A stretch of 62,587 nucleotides of DNA, the filler included, from Stramenopiles sp. TOSAG23-2 (taxonomy: Eukaryota): assembly GCA_900128395.1 (NCBI GenBank). It is 42 parts of 42 records of this genome, joined end to end, with 100 filler letters (N's around TTAATTAATTAA, not from the genome) between each part and the next. Parts side by side here need not be neighbours in the genome. Positions count along the whole stretch, not along the records: positions 23,955 to 25,349 come from LT653002.1; positions 25,450 to 26,844 come from LT653003.1; positions 26,945 to 28,338 come from LT653004.1; positions 28,439 to 29,832 come from LT653005.1; positions 29,933 to 31,326 come from LT653006.1; positions 31,427 to 32,820 come from LT653007.1; positions 32,921 to 34,314 come from LT653008.1; positions 34,415 to 35,807 come from LT653009.1; 34 more parts are not named here. One strand, 5' to 3'. Position 1 is the first letter of the stretch; each line of letters opens with the position of its first letter. Below, in pieces: positions 24,124 to 36,373 of the stretch. Under the pieces are notes generated by a model. The model saw only the letters and a program-made list of their open reading frames with translations, did no database searches and was not told where the DNA came from. The position numbers were made by a program, and so were the translations under genes.

Positions 24124-25229
24124 TCAAAACTTAAACACAATTTCCTCTCCAATATCTATTCTTTGTGTAGCTACAAGAAATATACGTGGACAGGAATCTT
24201 TTACGTATACAACGTCAATAGCAGCATTTGTTTCCATCCCTTCATAACCATTGCTACTACCGGTATCGTTTGAATCAATATATCGTATAAAACGTGATAT
24301 ATTACCTTGCTTTCTTGAGTCAAGATACCATTTTTCAAAATGTTCACGTTTAACACGATGTCCTATTTGCACCAATACTTGATGTGGGTTTAATATTACC
24401 TCTTCGTCATAATCATCATATTTCGTTTTGCTTAAAAGCATTCTCGAAAATCTATCTGTCATGGATGGATAGGCTCGAACATTGCCAATTGCTAACAGTT
24501 CATCACCAACTTTTATACCATCTGGCAAATCCCCATTTTCATCAATAATTTCGTCTATTTCAATGCAATTGTCTTTCAAATTCCCACGTATACGAAATAA
24601 ATCTTTTAATTCTTCCAACGAGTAAAATTCGACATGCAGATTTGTATCCACAATAGATTTATTTTCCAAACGTTCACTTTCAGTTGCAGAAGATGGCAAA
24701 AATACTTCACTAGCACGTAAAGTACGATAGGATCGAATAGGTTTATAAGTAATTTTACCATTTTTCACTTTGCTGGAGGATACTACCGGTATGGTATTGA
24801 CAGTATTTGCGCTATTTACAATCCTTGCAACACCATCATTATCGTAATAATCATTACTATTATTAGATGTATCAGCAATTGGATTTGTTTGCCCATCATT
24901 GCCAGTAGAATTACCTCCTATACCTTCATCTAGCTTCTTTTCCAATATTTCAAATTTTTCTGCTGCTTCACGTCTTAATATTATTTTGTTGATTTCTTCC
25001 AACTCATCAATAATAGAATCTAATAGATCATTTATTACAATAGTTTCATTTTCAACTATCTTATTCTCCTCCTTCTCCCCTTCCTCCTCGTTACGTGTTT
25101 GATTTACAGTATCTCGTATTCCTCTTGTATTTACATCTATTTCCATAGTATCACCATCACTATCGGAAAATGCTTCTTCTTCTTCATCATCATGTTTCTC
25201 TTCCTCCCCACCTTCTTCACCTTCTTTAT
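24124..25229 (-). CDS. Protein with PDZ-like domain followed by a degenerate SET-domain C-terminal half (last exon)
   Basis: GIKVGDELLAIGN is PDZ-like. WYLDSRKQGNISRFI and PRIFLVATQRIDIGEEIVFKF are SET-like. Confidence 0.7.
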
Positions 25230-25449
25230 CTTACACTTTTTAGTATAAAAATACTATACAAAATGTTTGATAGGTTTCAATCTTCCAAAAACGGTATTTA
25301 CAATTTATGTAAAAAAGTGAATTTCCATCTAAAATATGATATTTTGCATNNNNNNNNNNNNNNNNNNNNNNNNNNNNNNNNNNNNNNNNNNNNTTAATTA
25401 ATTAANNNNNNNNNNNNNNNNNNNNNNNNNNNNNNNNNNNNNNNNNNNN

Positions 25450-26700
25450 ACTGATGGTTTTGAAATGGCGAAAGACCGTACGTTGGAATTCTTAGATGAA
25501 TTCAAAATCAAACATGAAGATATCGCGGAAAAGCGCGATTTACTTGTAGATGTTGCACGCACGTCATTAAGAACCAAATTAGACCGTCAACTTGCGGACC
25601 AGCTATGTGAGATTGTAGTTGACGCTGTAGATTGCATTCGTAAACAAAACGACCATTTAGGCATTGATTTGCATATGGTAGAAGTCATGCACATGCGTCA
25701 TAAAAACGCTGCTGATTCACGCTTAATCCGCGGTATTTTGATGGACCATGGCTCTCGCCATCCTGATATGCCAACCCATTTGGAAAATTGTTATGTATTG
25801 ACTTGCAATGTTTCATTAGAGTACGAAAAAACTGAAGTTTCTAGTGGATTTTTCTATAAAAATGCTGAAGAGCGTGAGAAAATGGTTGCGGCTGAACGTC
25901 GTTTTACTGATATTAAAGTTAAGCAAATTATTGAGTTGAAGAAACAAGTATGTACGGAAGAAAATGGTTATAACTTTGTCGTTTTTAATCAAAAAGGTAT
26001 TGATCCTGTATCGTTGGACATGTTGGCAAAGGAAAATATTATTGGCTTAAGACGTGCAAAGCGACGTAATATGGAACGTTTGACAAAAGCATGTGGTGGT
26101 ATCCCAATGAACGATACTGCTGATTTGACACCAGAATGCTTAGGTTGGGCTGGAAGAGTTTACGAAGAGGTATTAGGCGAAGATAAATTTACCTTCGTTG
26201 AAGATACGAGAAACCCAAGTAGTTGCACCATCCAAGTGATGGGACCAAATGATCATACGATAGCACAAATCAAAGGTTCCATTCGCGATGGCTTGCGTAA
26301 TGTTAAAAATGCATATGATGACATGGCAGTTGTACCAGGTGGTGCAGCCTTTGAAATCGCAGCACATAATGAATTGATGAAATTTATGAAAACCGTATCA
26401 GGCAAAGCTAGACGTGGCGTACAAGCATTTGCAGATGCATTGCTTGTTGTCCCTAAAACATTAGCAGAAAACAGCGGTTTTGATGTCATGGATACGATTA
26501 TCAAAATGCAAGAAGCATATGAGAAGAAAGGTGTGCCATGTGGTTTGGATTGTGATTCTGGTGAAGTTATGTCACCAGGTGAAGAAGGTGTATGGGATAA
26601 TTTCATTGTTAAACGTCAAGGTTTGCATTTATCCAACGTATTAGCAACACAATTACTTTTAGTTGATGAAGTCATGCGTGCTGGGCCAAAAATTAAGTAA
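25450..26700 (+). CDS. CCT6: T-complex protein 1 subunit zeta (5' partial)
   Basis: [62 protein letters not shown]. Confidence 0.98.
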   Translation, partial: TDGFEMAKDRTLEFLDEFKIKHEDIAEKRDLLVDVARTSLRTKLDRQLADQLCEIVVDAVDCIRKQNDHLGIDLHMVEVMHMRHKNAADSRLIRGILMDHGSRHPDMPTHLENCYVLTCNVSLEYEKTEVSSGFFYKNAEEREKMVAAERRFTDIKVKQIIELKKQVCTEENGYNFVVFNQKGIDPVSLDMLAKENIIGLRRAKRRNMERLTKACGGIPMNDTADLTPECLGWAGRVYEEVLGEDKFTFVEDTRNPSSCTIQVMGPNDHTIAQIKGSIRDGLRNVKNAYDDMAVVPGGAAFEIAAHNELMKFMKTVSGKARRGVQAFADALLVVPKTLAENSGFDVMDTIIKMQEAYEKKGVPCGLDCDSGEVMSPGEEGVWDNFIVKRQGLHLSNVLATQLLLVDEVMRAGPKIK

Positions 26701-26733
26701 ATAATCTGTGCGTGTAACATGACGTTATATCTG

Positions 26734-26766
<33 letters not shown>

Positions 26767-26944
26767 TCATATATTGTATAGTAAAAGATTACTCAAAAAA
26801 ATTTTTGGACAATAAGAACTATATATAAAGTGTGTTTTACTGAANNNNNNNNNNNNNNNNNNNNNNNNNNNNNNNNNNNNNNNNNNNNTTAATTAATTAA
26901 NNNNNNNNNNNNNNNNNNNNNNNNNNNNNNNNNNNNNNNNNNNN

Positions 26945-27322
26945 CTTGCATATGGTGCTCTGACATTAGCATTGCCACAAGTATCGATGGGATTTGCATT
27001 TTTAGGATTACTTAGTTTTGTTGGGGTAAATTACCAGGCAAATCAAAAATTAAAGGAGGCAACTGTGCAAATGACATCAGAGGAAGGTTTAAATAGTTTT
27101 TTTGTAGAAAAGCATCGATTGGAACTTGCTGATGGAGACGAATTCATTGAATCACTATGGGTACGTACACGCCCACAGTTGCAGATTGCTTTGAAAACTC
27201 ATGGCTTGAGCAATACACCAAAGGTTGAATCAAGTGCAATTAAGGAATTAGAAGATATTATAGGGAATGAAGTTAATGAATTACGACGATTAGCTAATCC
27301 ATTACCAGATGTTGGATATTGA
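26945..27322 (+). CDS. C-terminus of unknown membrane protein
   Basis: Open from the contig edge with a hydrophobic segment, ending LANPLPDVGY-stop. Confidence 0.6.
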   Translation, partial: LAYGALTLALPQVSMGFAFLGLLSFVGVNYQANQKLKEATVQMTSEEGLNSFFVEKHRLELADGDEFIESLWVRTRPQLQIALKTHGLSNTPKVESSAIKELEDIIGNEVNELRRLANPLPDVGY

Positions 27323-28025
27323 CAATTGGTACGAATATATGATACCGAACGCACGTATGAAACAAAACATCATGGCACAGATGTACAAATATATAGCTGA
27401 AGAGTAAAAAATAATAAAACTTTTTAAAAAATTTAATTTAATATTTTTTAATATTAAAATTAATCATCTCTGAGATTTTATTTTACACGCGTTAATTTAT
27501 ATTAAAAATTATTTTATAGAAAAAAACAAAAATGTGTAATAATATCTTGCGCGCTTTTTTTGCCGCAATAAAATTTGCTTTCTCTTGTGTATTTTGTAAA
27601 CACAATTTTAAAATCATACGTGTGTCCCAGGTGTGTATTATATAGTATGCATCATACATCTTTCTATTATATAAAGATATATATCCCAAAAGATTGATTT
27701 TTTGTTTCAGACTGATGTGTATCTTGCGTTGTTTACTCTCATAAAATAAAAAATATCTTCGTACTTTTCTTTATATGAAAAAAAAAAAACGATTTTCCGC
27801 GCCATGTTTCTTTATTTGAAACAATCCAATTTGTGCAAAAATGTTTTCGAATATAATAATATAGCACCGTACACTATATATTATATTCCTTTCAGAAAAC
27901 ATTTTGATTTGCATATTTATACTATAACATGCACACATATTTTAAAAATTATAGTGTTCTTGACGACCGGAAAAATATTTTTTTTCCTTTTTTTTTTTTT
28001 TTGCTATAATAGATAAAAAAAACTA

Positions 28026-28338
28026 TTATGCTTTAGAATTTGAAGCACCGCGTCCACGTCCTCTGCCTCGTCCTTTGCCATAAAATGATCTACCACGACC
28101 TCGGCCACGACCTCTACCGCGTCCTCTGCCACGACCTCTGCCACGTCCTCGTCCAAAAACTCTCCTGCCTCTTCCTCGTTTGCCTCCTCGGCCCGTTTTG
28201 AACGTATTGTGGTGTGTGGTATGATGATTATTATTATTCGAAGAAGAATCATTTGATTCATTAGATTCATCATCATCGAAGTCATCACTATCATCCTCAT
28301 TGAAAAATGCATCTAATACAGCATTTTCATCAGCAGAA
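28026..28338 (-). CDS. C-terminus of protein with acidic tract and (RG)n tail (not the frame shown in the track)
   Basis: Manual translation: ...DAFFNEDDSDDFDDD...TGRGGKRGRGRRVFGRGRGRGRG...GASNSKA-stop. Confidence 0.7.
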
Positions 28339-28440
28339 NNNNNNNNNNNNNNNNNNNNNNNNNNNNNNNNNNNNNNNNNNNNTTAATTAATTAANNNNNN
28401 NNNNNNNNNNNNNNNNNNNNNNNNNNNNNNNNNNNNNNCT

Positions 28441-29832
28441 TTACGGTATTTAAAATTAGTTGGTGGGGATGTTAGCGGTGAATATAGTAGTGGGGCAGAT
28501 GCAGGTGGCACCATAAATATTAATCGTGGTGGTAAATTAAATTTATATTCATCTATTATATTTAATAATAAAGCTGTTCAGGGTGGTGGAATATACGCAA
28601 TCGGTTTTAGTAATAGTAATAAGAATGTGATTATAAATATATATAACAGCATTATTGATAATAATGAAGCTGATTTTAGTGGTGGTGGTATTTATATGTT
28701 TAATGCTGTTGCTACTATTCTCAACACAACTATCACCGAGAATAAAGTTCTTGGTAATAGTACTAGCTATTATGGTGGTGGTGTCTTATTTTGCAATAGT
28801 GACTCAACATTAACCAATGTGAACATTTCACTTAATACTGCGTTTGTTGGAGGAGGCCTTTATATAGAAAGTAGCAGAGTCACCACTCATCAATCGAACA
28901 TAGCATCCAACACTGCAAACAAGATGGGAGGCGGTGCTGTATATCGTGGTAATATTCCATTCCATTCCAATATTACCAACACAATATTTAAGAATAATAA
29001 AGTTGCAACAATAGATGCAAGTTATTCCAATGGTGGCGGCGGTTTGTATTTATTCAACAATGTCAACATTATTAATCGTGAAACATCATTTATCACTAAT
29101 GTAGCAGAGAATAGCCGCGGCAATGAAATTTATACTCGAAGAGATGATTCATTTGGCACCCCAACAACAACAATCATAAATTCGCACTTCACCAATCCAA
29201 CAAGCCCCAACAACTTCTACAATTATGATGTAGACAACGCAGGAAAACCATCCATTTACACCAATTGCTCATCCACCCCATACCCATGTTATACCAACGA
29301 GCCATCGTGTTCTTCCGTGTCTGAAACCATCAAGGAGTTAGGAATCACATGCATGCCATACATTTGCCAACCAGGTTCATATATTTACACATCTTTAAAC
29401 AACAAGACCATTTGCAAATCATGCCCAGTTGCACGGTATGGCAATGTTGCAGATGCAACCAACATAACTATTGCGTGTCCAAACTCATGTTTGCCAGGAA
29501 CATATGGTAATGTTGAAGGCCAAGCGACAGAAGCAGCTGCGTGTCCATCTTCCTGCCCCTCTGGTAAATTTGGTACTATAGGTGGCCAACACAACATAAC
29601 GTTAGCTTGCCCATCTACATGCATTCCAGGGCGCTACGGCAATGTTCCTGGGAAAACAACATTAGAAGATGCATGTCCAGACCAATGCATTCCTGGAAAA
29701 TATGGAGGAAGTTCCGCAGAAACTGTAGAGACAGATGCTTGCCCTGGGGAATGTAGTGCTGGGCGCTATGGCAATGTTACTGGTGCGCCAAATGAACAAA
29801 TTGGGTGCCCATCTGAATGCATCGCTGGACGG
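28441..29832 (+). CDS. Cell-surface protein: polymorphic-membrane-protein-like beta-helix repeats plus Cys-rich CxxGxY repeats (partial)
   Basis: Repeated FxxN/NxA...GGG[IL]Y motifs, then CQPGSY, CLPGTYG, CPSGKFG, CIPGRYG, CSAGRYG units. Confidence 0.85.
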
Positions 29833-30469
29833 NNNNNNNNNNNNNNNNNNNNNNNNNNNNNNNNNNNNNNNNNNNNTTAATTAATTAANNNNNNNNNNNN
29901 NNNNNNNNNNNNNNNNNNNNNNNNNNNNNNNNTATTCTCATAATCGAGAATACCAATGAAGGTAAATAGATAGTATCAACTACTCATCATAGCTGATGGA
30001 AAACTAATATATATATATATAGTACTATTATTATATAATATATCCGATATGCATATTATATTAATGTATACCCCTCCAACAACAACCGGTACAACAAAAA
30101 TAGGTAATGGTGTGTGCCTGCTACGCAGGCACTTCTGCTCGACTTAATGGTGTGAGCATGCTGCGCATGCTCTTACAAGATTAAAACGGGACATAATTTT
30201 TGTCCGGTATTAAAAAAAACGTTTTGTGTGCTTGTTGCTTGCCGGTCTTGTCCGGTATTAAAAAATAATATTATATACTCTTGGAGACATAATAATTGAT
30301 ATACAAATAAAAGAATAATTGATATACAAATAAAAGAATACATACTATATATAAATATCGAACTCAATATCTATCATTATATTATATATATTATTATATT
30401 ATATATATTACTATATTATGTCTAGTCAATATTGTCCAAGTCTTGAGAAATGTTAGATTCTTCTAATTT

Positions 30470-31049
30470 TCACAACAAAAAGTTTACACATATTGAGCAT
30501 AAAGAATTTCAATTGGCCATATCATTGAAATATCTTGGTTTGTCACAAATATTGCCATGTTTAAAATTCGGTTCAAGACCCTTTAAATTCAAGAGTTAAT
30601 ATGAATACACCGAATGGAGCAAAACGGATGAAAAAAGATGGCGAACAACGTAGTGCAGAGGTAACAAGAAATCTATTGCAAGGAAGCAGTAAGAAATCAA
30701 AGTACCCAACTAACAGAAACTCTCCAAATACAGCTGAAAAAGGTTTACCGACTACTCGTACTTTATTTCCGTATCCACCGCATTTAAAAATTGAGTGGAT
30801 CCAAATGAATGGAGTAATGACCATCGTTGTCAAATTTGTACATTGCGTGGTCCAATATTTCCACACAATAAATTCCGTAATGGTCGCACAAACTGCCCAA
30901 AAGCTAACAGATTGATTGGGTGTCAAGCAAAAAATTGCCCAAAGAGATATTGTTCCCATGCATGCTTTAATTTATGGCATTATGGTGTGGAACATACTCC
31001 AACAGAAGAAGAATTTATTGCAAATTATAAAAATCGTAATCAAGAATGA
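30470..31049 (+). pseudogene. piggyBac transposase C-terminal remnant with frameshifts
   Basis: HKEFQLAISLKYLG, then TRTLFPYPPH, then the cysteine-rich domain RCQIC...GCQAKNCPKRYCSHACFNLWH, each separated by a frame break. Confidence 0.65.
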
Positions 31050-31155
31050 ATGATTGGTAAGTGACAAAAGTCGAAAGTTAAGTGTGATTTTAAGAAATTT
31101 AAAATAATTTTTTACTTAACGTATATTTTGATAGTATTTTAGTATACGAATTCTG

Positions 31156-31200
31156 AATTGCACAGATCTGTGCAATTTAGATTATCCCGTTAAAGGATAG
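31156..31200 (+). mobile_element. Probable decayed piggyBac right end
   Basis: Perfect 22-bp palindrome AATTGCACAGATCTGTGCAATT followed by CCCGTTAAAGGATAG, similar to a ...GTTAAAGGG-TTAA terminus, ~100 bp after the transposase stop. Confidence 0.5.
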
Positions 31201-31426
31201 ACATAAAAAAATACACCCTATGCTGTCTATTTATTTGGCTTGTTTTTACCTTATTTTTGTTGTACCAGCCTACATTTTGTACAACATTCCGTACAACAAA
31301 ATGCAACACATCTAAAGGAGTGTATANNNNNNNNNNNNNNNNNNNNNNNNNNNNNNNNNNNNNNNNNNNNTTAATTAATTAANNNNNNNNNNNNNNNNNN
31401 NNNNNNNNNNNNNNNNNNNNNNNNNN

Positions 31427-32138
31427 ATGTCCCATCATCATCTTCCCATAAATCTCCACCATCTAATGGAGTATGAAAATATGTTTCCATTTCAACTAAA
31501 TGGTCACGCATTTGATTTCTTGCTTGAACAATCAAATTGGATATGCCTCCTTTAAATACATTTATCCCTTGCTCTTTTAAAAGTTTAAAGAATCCAACAC
31601 GTTCTGGCATTGGATGATGTTTAAGACCATATTCAATCTTATCCATCTCAATATTTTGTACCATCGTGGCGAAGATGATAAATGTTAAGGGTGGAATACA
31701 ATTTCCTAAACTTCCTTTCATATCCGTATCATCTGATAATACAGTTTTCGCTGTCCAATATTCACAATCATCAACAAATCCAGAATTTGGTACTGGTTTC
31801 AAGGAAGGACTATTTTTATTGATTTGATTGCCTAATATTTCAGCATATTCCACTTGATCATGGGATTCATACACAGGGTGACCATCATGAACCAATACAG
31901 GTACAGTTGCACCAGGGTTTATCTTTAAAAATTCTGGCGATGCATTTTGATACCAACCCGTCTCGATTAAATGAATATGATTGGCTTTGTAAGGAATATT
32001 TTTTTCCGCTAAGACTACACGTACTTTACCGGAACATAAAGATAGTGAGTTATGATACAGCTCCACAGATTGTTCATGTGGCAATGTTATTTCTGGATGA
32101 AGTCCACCAGTTGGTGGTGTGAATTTTTTTGGCGGCAT
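31427..32138 (-). CDS. Glutathione S-transferase (3' partial)
   Basis: SLCSGKVRVVLAEKNIPY and FLKINPGATVPVLVHDGHPVYES are GST N-terminal motifs. Confidence 0.92.
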
Positions 32139-33979
32139 GGTATGTTTCGATATTATTATACGATTATAATTAGTAGTATTAATGGTATCTGTTGATATGG
32201 TTACTTATAGGTATATGGCATTACATGTCCAAACAACGATGACATTGATCAATATGTATCTGTGTAAATCATTCTTTTCTATTCATTTTAGGAGAAGATA
32301 TATATAAGATAGGAGTGAGAGTTAGACTTAAAAAACCAACTCTCCAAAGGAATTCGATTTTCTATCCACCCTATCAAAAATTACATTCCTTTTCCCATTT
32401 AACATATAAATATCAATGGAGCACGGCTAAAATGGTAAGTAATGAAAACATAAATTTATATACTTAAAAAAGGAATAGAATACGAATCGATTACAAATTA
32501 TTTTTACAATGCGCATATGCCTATAAAATGACACATAATTTGTACTTGAAAGGGAAATTAGAAAAAATATATGTGCATATCCGGAATATATCCAAAGAAA
32601 AATAAAAAATCAAAAACAACATTTCATATTGTTCCTATCAAATGATCATAATTTATACTAATAAGACTTTAACTTGAAAGGGAAATTTTAGAATACTTTA
32701 ACTTAAACTTTGGAATGGATAATTTTTTTTATTTTGTTTTTTTTATGAATTTTTATTAAAAAATAGAAAATTAAAATAATATATATATATTATTATATGA
32801 ATAATATATATATAAACGTANNNNNNNNNNNNNNNNNNNNNNNNNNNNNNNNNNNNNNNNNNNNTTAATTAATTAANNNNNNNNNNNNNNNNNNNNNNNN
32901 NNNNNNNNNNNNNNNNNNNNTGTTTAGGTGATCAGTATACGACTTTTAGGTATTGGTTTCAGCTTTGTATATAATGGGAAAGTGTAGAAATGGCATTCGT
33001 GTGAGTGTATGTTGGTGTTGAAAAATAGAGTGAGAGGTCCCGTCATGTACGGGTATGACCCCGCAATGCTGAGTAATGCTAGCATCTCTAACCCTAACGT
33101 AAATGATCAAAATGCACGATATTTTTAGTAAGCATAGTTCTACATTGAAACTCCCCAGACCACAACCTACAGACATTGTATATGTAATAAATAACGGATA
33201 TGCAACGTTTCAAGGTCTAATTTTAGTAACTTCAATGAAATTTTTCAACGTTTCATGATTTTCACCATTTCGAGAAAAAGTGCTCTAATACTAACTCCAT
33301 GCTAACGTGCGATTAAAATTGTTTTTTCAGCACTTTTCTTTAAAAACATAAATATACATGGAAACTCTCGGAGAAAAGTTAAATATATCACCTACGATAT
33401 AGAATATACGATATTTTATCAAATTTTTTTATGTCGCATGTTTAAAATGAAGATTTCTAGGTCCATTTAGAATTGATGTGAATGAAAATCGATTTGGAAT
33501 TCTTGGCCTTTTTGTGGCATGTTCAAATACATTGCAAAATAGGGTATAGTTGACACAATATATCTCGAGTCACTCAAAATATTAATACAAAAATAGGTTT
33601 GATTCTCATTTTTATATGTATCGAGCCAAACCTAAGAGTAAGTTGATGACAACTGAGTGTCAGGAACATACTTTACTAACGACGTTTCAATTGCATGTCA
33701 AAGTACCTTTACTATGGAATAGGCTTGTAAAACCTTAATAAAAGTGTCAAAAAAAGTGCATTTTTTAATGAAAATTCACTTTGGGTCTAGCGTTTCATGT
33801 AAATGTAATATTTATTTTGGTTGGAGTTTAGAGATTCAAGTTATATATATATAAAAAGGATGTGGAGCTTTATATGGATTAAAACTGTTGGGAATGATGT
33901 TGTGAGACGTAATGCAATTTTTATATATTTCATGAAATTTCTCAATTTTCGTACCCACTTTGGCGGAACTTTTAAAAAT

Positions 33980-34046
33980 GAAAATAAAATTGGCAAAAAT
34001 ATTCGTGTTTGAGAAAATAAAATTGGCAAAAATATTTGTGTTTGAG
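33980..34046 (+). repeat. 33-bp tandem duplication
   Basis: GAAAATAAAATTGGCAAAAATATTyGTGTTTGA occurs twice. Confidence 0.85.
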
Positions 34047-34954
34047 GTGTTATAGAAATGTAGTATAAAGTTGGTAGTCTAATTTACATATTTTTGTTAG
34101 AGTACTTAAAACTATAGTATGGAGATTTTTTGTTATTTTCTATAGTATTGATAATTGTCCCTATGAAGTTTTTTTTAATATATCGAAATAGCACTGTATA
34201 AATTAGCATGGACATAGTTCTTTCAACATTTTACTTGTGAAAATTGTGTTTTTCTGCCGTGTTGTCTGTTTTTCATTTCCTATCATATTTATACTTAATG
34301 TAGTCCTTTTCATANNNNNNNNNNNNNNNNNNNNNNNNNNNNNNNNNNNNNNNNNNNNTTAATTAATTAANNNNNNNNNNNNNNNNNNNNNNNNNNNNNN
34401 NNNNNNNNNNNNNNCTAAATAAATTATAAATAATAGTATTGCCAGGCGATTGCACGATTGCCTGAGAGAAGAATTTAAATTGCTATTATATTATTAATAG
34501 TTGCCACGCCACACCACTGCTGGACGGCTATATAAATATAACTATTACTATTCTAGAACTATATAGCTCCACGGTATTGATGATAGCCAAAACACAATGC
34601 TGTTTAGCGGTATAGTTTCTTTTTTGTCCGTTTTTCTGCCGAAGTATTAATCACTTAAGGTAGCTACTGTGGTTGGAGTAAAGCTGGAAAGCTAAAGCAA
34701 TGTGTAGGAGAGCCAACAATCAGCATTTTCCTTTAAATGCCTTTGCCTGGTTTTTATGTGATGCTATTTTATGCTATAATATTACCTGGTATTATTTATT
34801 CATACTGGCATACTGTATATTAATATATATTATATTATCCGTATTTATTATTATTAACTAAACATAAGAGTAAATTGATACTAAGCAAACAAACATATCA
34901 GCATTTACGGTTACATATATAAAACACCAGCCAAATAATAAAAGTATAACTATC

Positions 34955-35581
34955 ATGAGTCGTAGTCGAGCGAAGAAAGCAAACCAAGCAAAGTTTAGTT
35001 CTGGTCACATATCGTATACAACAGAAATTGCTGAGTTTTTAGGACAATTATACGATAAAGAAGAAGCTGTAATTGTAAAGGGATATGAAAAAATAAGACA
35101 GTTTAAAGCTGCAAAAAATAAGACTAGAAAATTGAAAAATCCGATATTAGGAGATGGTAATCCAACACCACGTGAAGTTAGGATAGCTAATAGAAAGCGG
35201 CGCCCTCGTGATGTTAATAATGTATTCATTGCCAATGATATAGAAGAAGAAATACAACGTGTAAATGAGGCAAAAAAAGCTGAAAATAGTAAAAAAAGTA
35301 ATGGTAGTCAAAGTAGTAGAAGTTATATATCAACATCGCGTTCAAGTGCACCTTCTAATTCCGTACGTAGCTTAGATTCATTTAGGAGCATTGCTTCTAA
35401 CGATAGTAATGTAAGTCTGGGTGATCTGGTTCATTTAGAACGTTTGAAAAAAAAATTGGAAAAAAAATTAGCAAAAGTTAATAATAAGATTTTAGCTAAA
35501 ATCAACGATGTTAAAGTTGAAGATCGATTCAATAAAACTGGAAGAATCTCGAGAGAAACTATTCGTAGTGCCAGATCGTAA
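34955..35581 (+). CDS. Hypothetical basic protein, complete (208 aa)
   Basis: ATG-to-stop ORF with host-like codon usage and a C-terminal coiled coil. No domain recognised. Confidence 0.8.
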   Translation: MSRSRAKKANQAKFSSGHISYTTEIAEFLGQLYDKEEAVIVKGYEKIRQFKAAKNKTRKLKNPILGDGNPTPREVRIANRKRRPRDVNNVFIANDIEEEIQRVNEAKKAENSKKSNGSQSSRSYISTSRSSAPSNSVRSLDSFRSIASNDSNVSLGDLVHLERLKKKLEKKLAKVNNKILAKINDVKVEDRFNKTGRISRETIRSARS

Positions 35582-36373
35582 GATGATGGCGAGAAAAGAG
35601 AGAGTGTGTGTGTGCGTGTGCATTAACATGTTAATAAATATATAAATTCAGCTTCAGAAACGAAAAAATACGATCTATTCCAAGACAATGGTTGCTATGA
35701 ATCCACCCCTGGGGAATTCAAAACCACCAAACTTTGGAAAACCTATGGACTATTCACACCACTTTCATCGAGTGTGTTATACTGGATTCAGACCTACTTG
35801 TGCTTATNNNNNNNNNNNNNNNNNNNNNNNNNNNNNNNNNNNNNNNNNNNNTTAATTAATTAANNNNNNNNNNNNNNNNNNNNNNNNNNNNNNNNNNNNN
35901 NNNNNNNGAAGCATTTAAATTAGGATTTCAAAAAATACCAGATGTAATTAGTTATGATTGTTGAAGATTTTTAAATCCATATATGTACAAACTTCGTTGG
36001 TTACGGTACATACGAGTATCATATTAAAAATTTTCATCGTTAAAAATAGGGACATAGAACATATTATCAGAAGAGTAAAAATTAAATAAAAAAATATACG
36101 AGTATATGAGAGATGCATATAGGTTTTTAGAAATATACGCGTTGTATACAATATACGAGTAACATATACGTATATAATATATCATATATATATCATAAAA
36201 TGTATAACCATTTAATTATTAAAATATATGCATATTATTTTTTAAATTTCCTGTATTTATTAAAAATATTACTTCTCCTCTTATAAAACTTAGATTTTAA
36301 ACCCCCATTCAAAAATTATTAATAAAATCCTCATTTTTTTACGAAGCGTCAGTAAAAAAATCACACACCACAC

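Noticed and set aside
28004..28312. Track ORF with EVVAE repeats
   Set aside because: Out-of-frame reading of the (RG)n tail.
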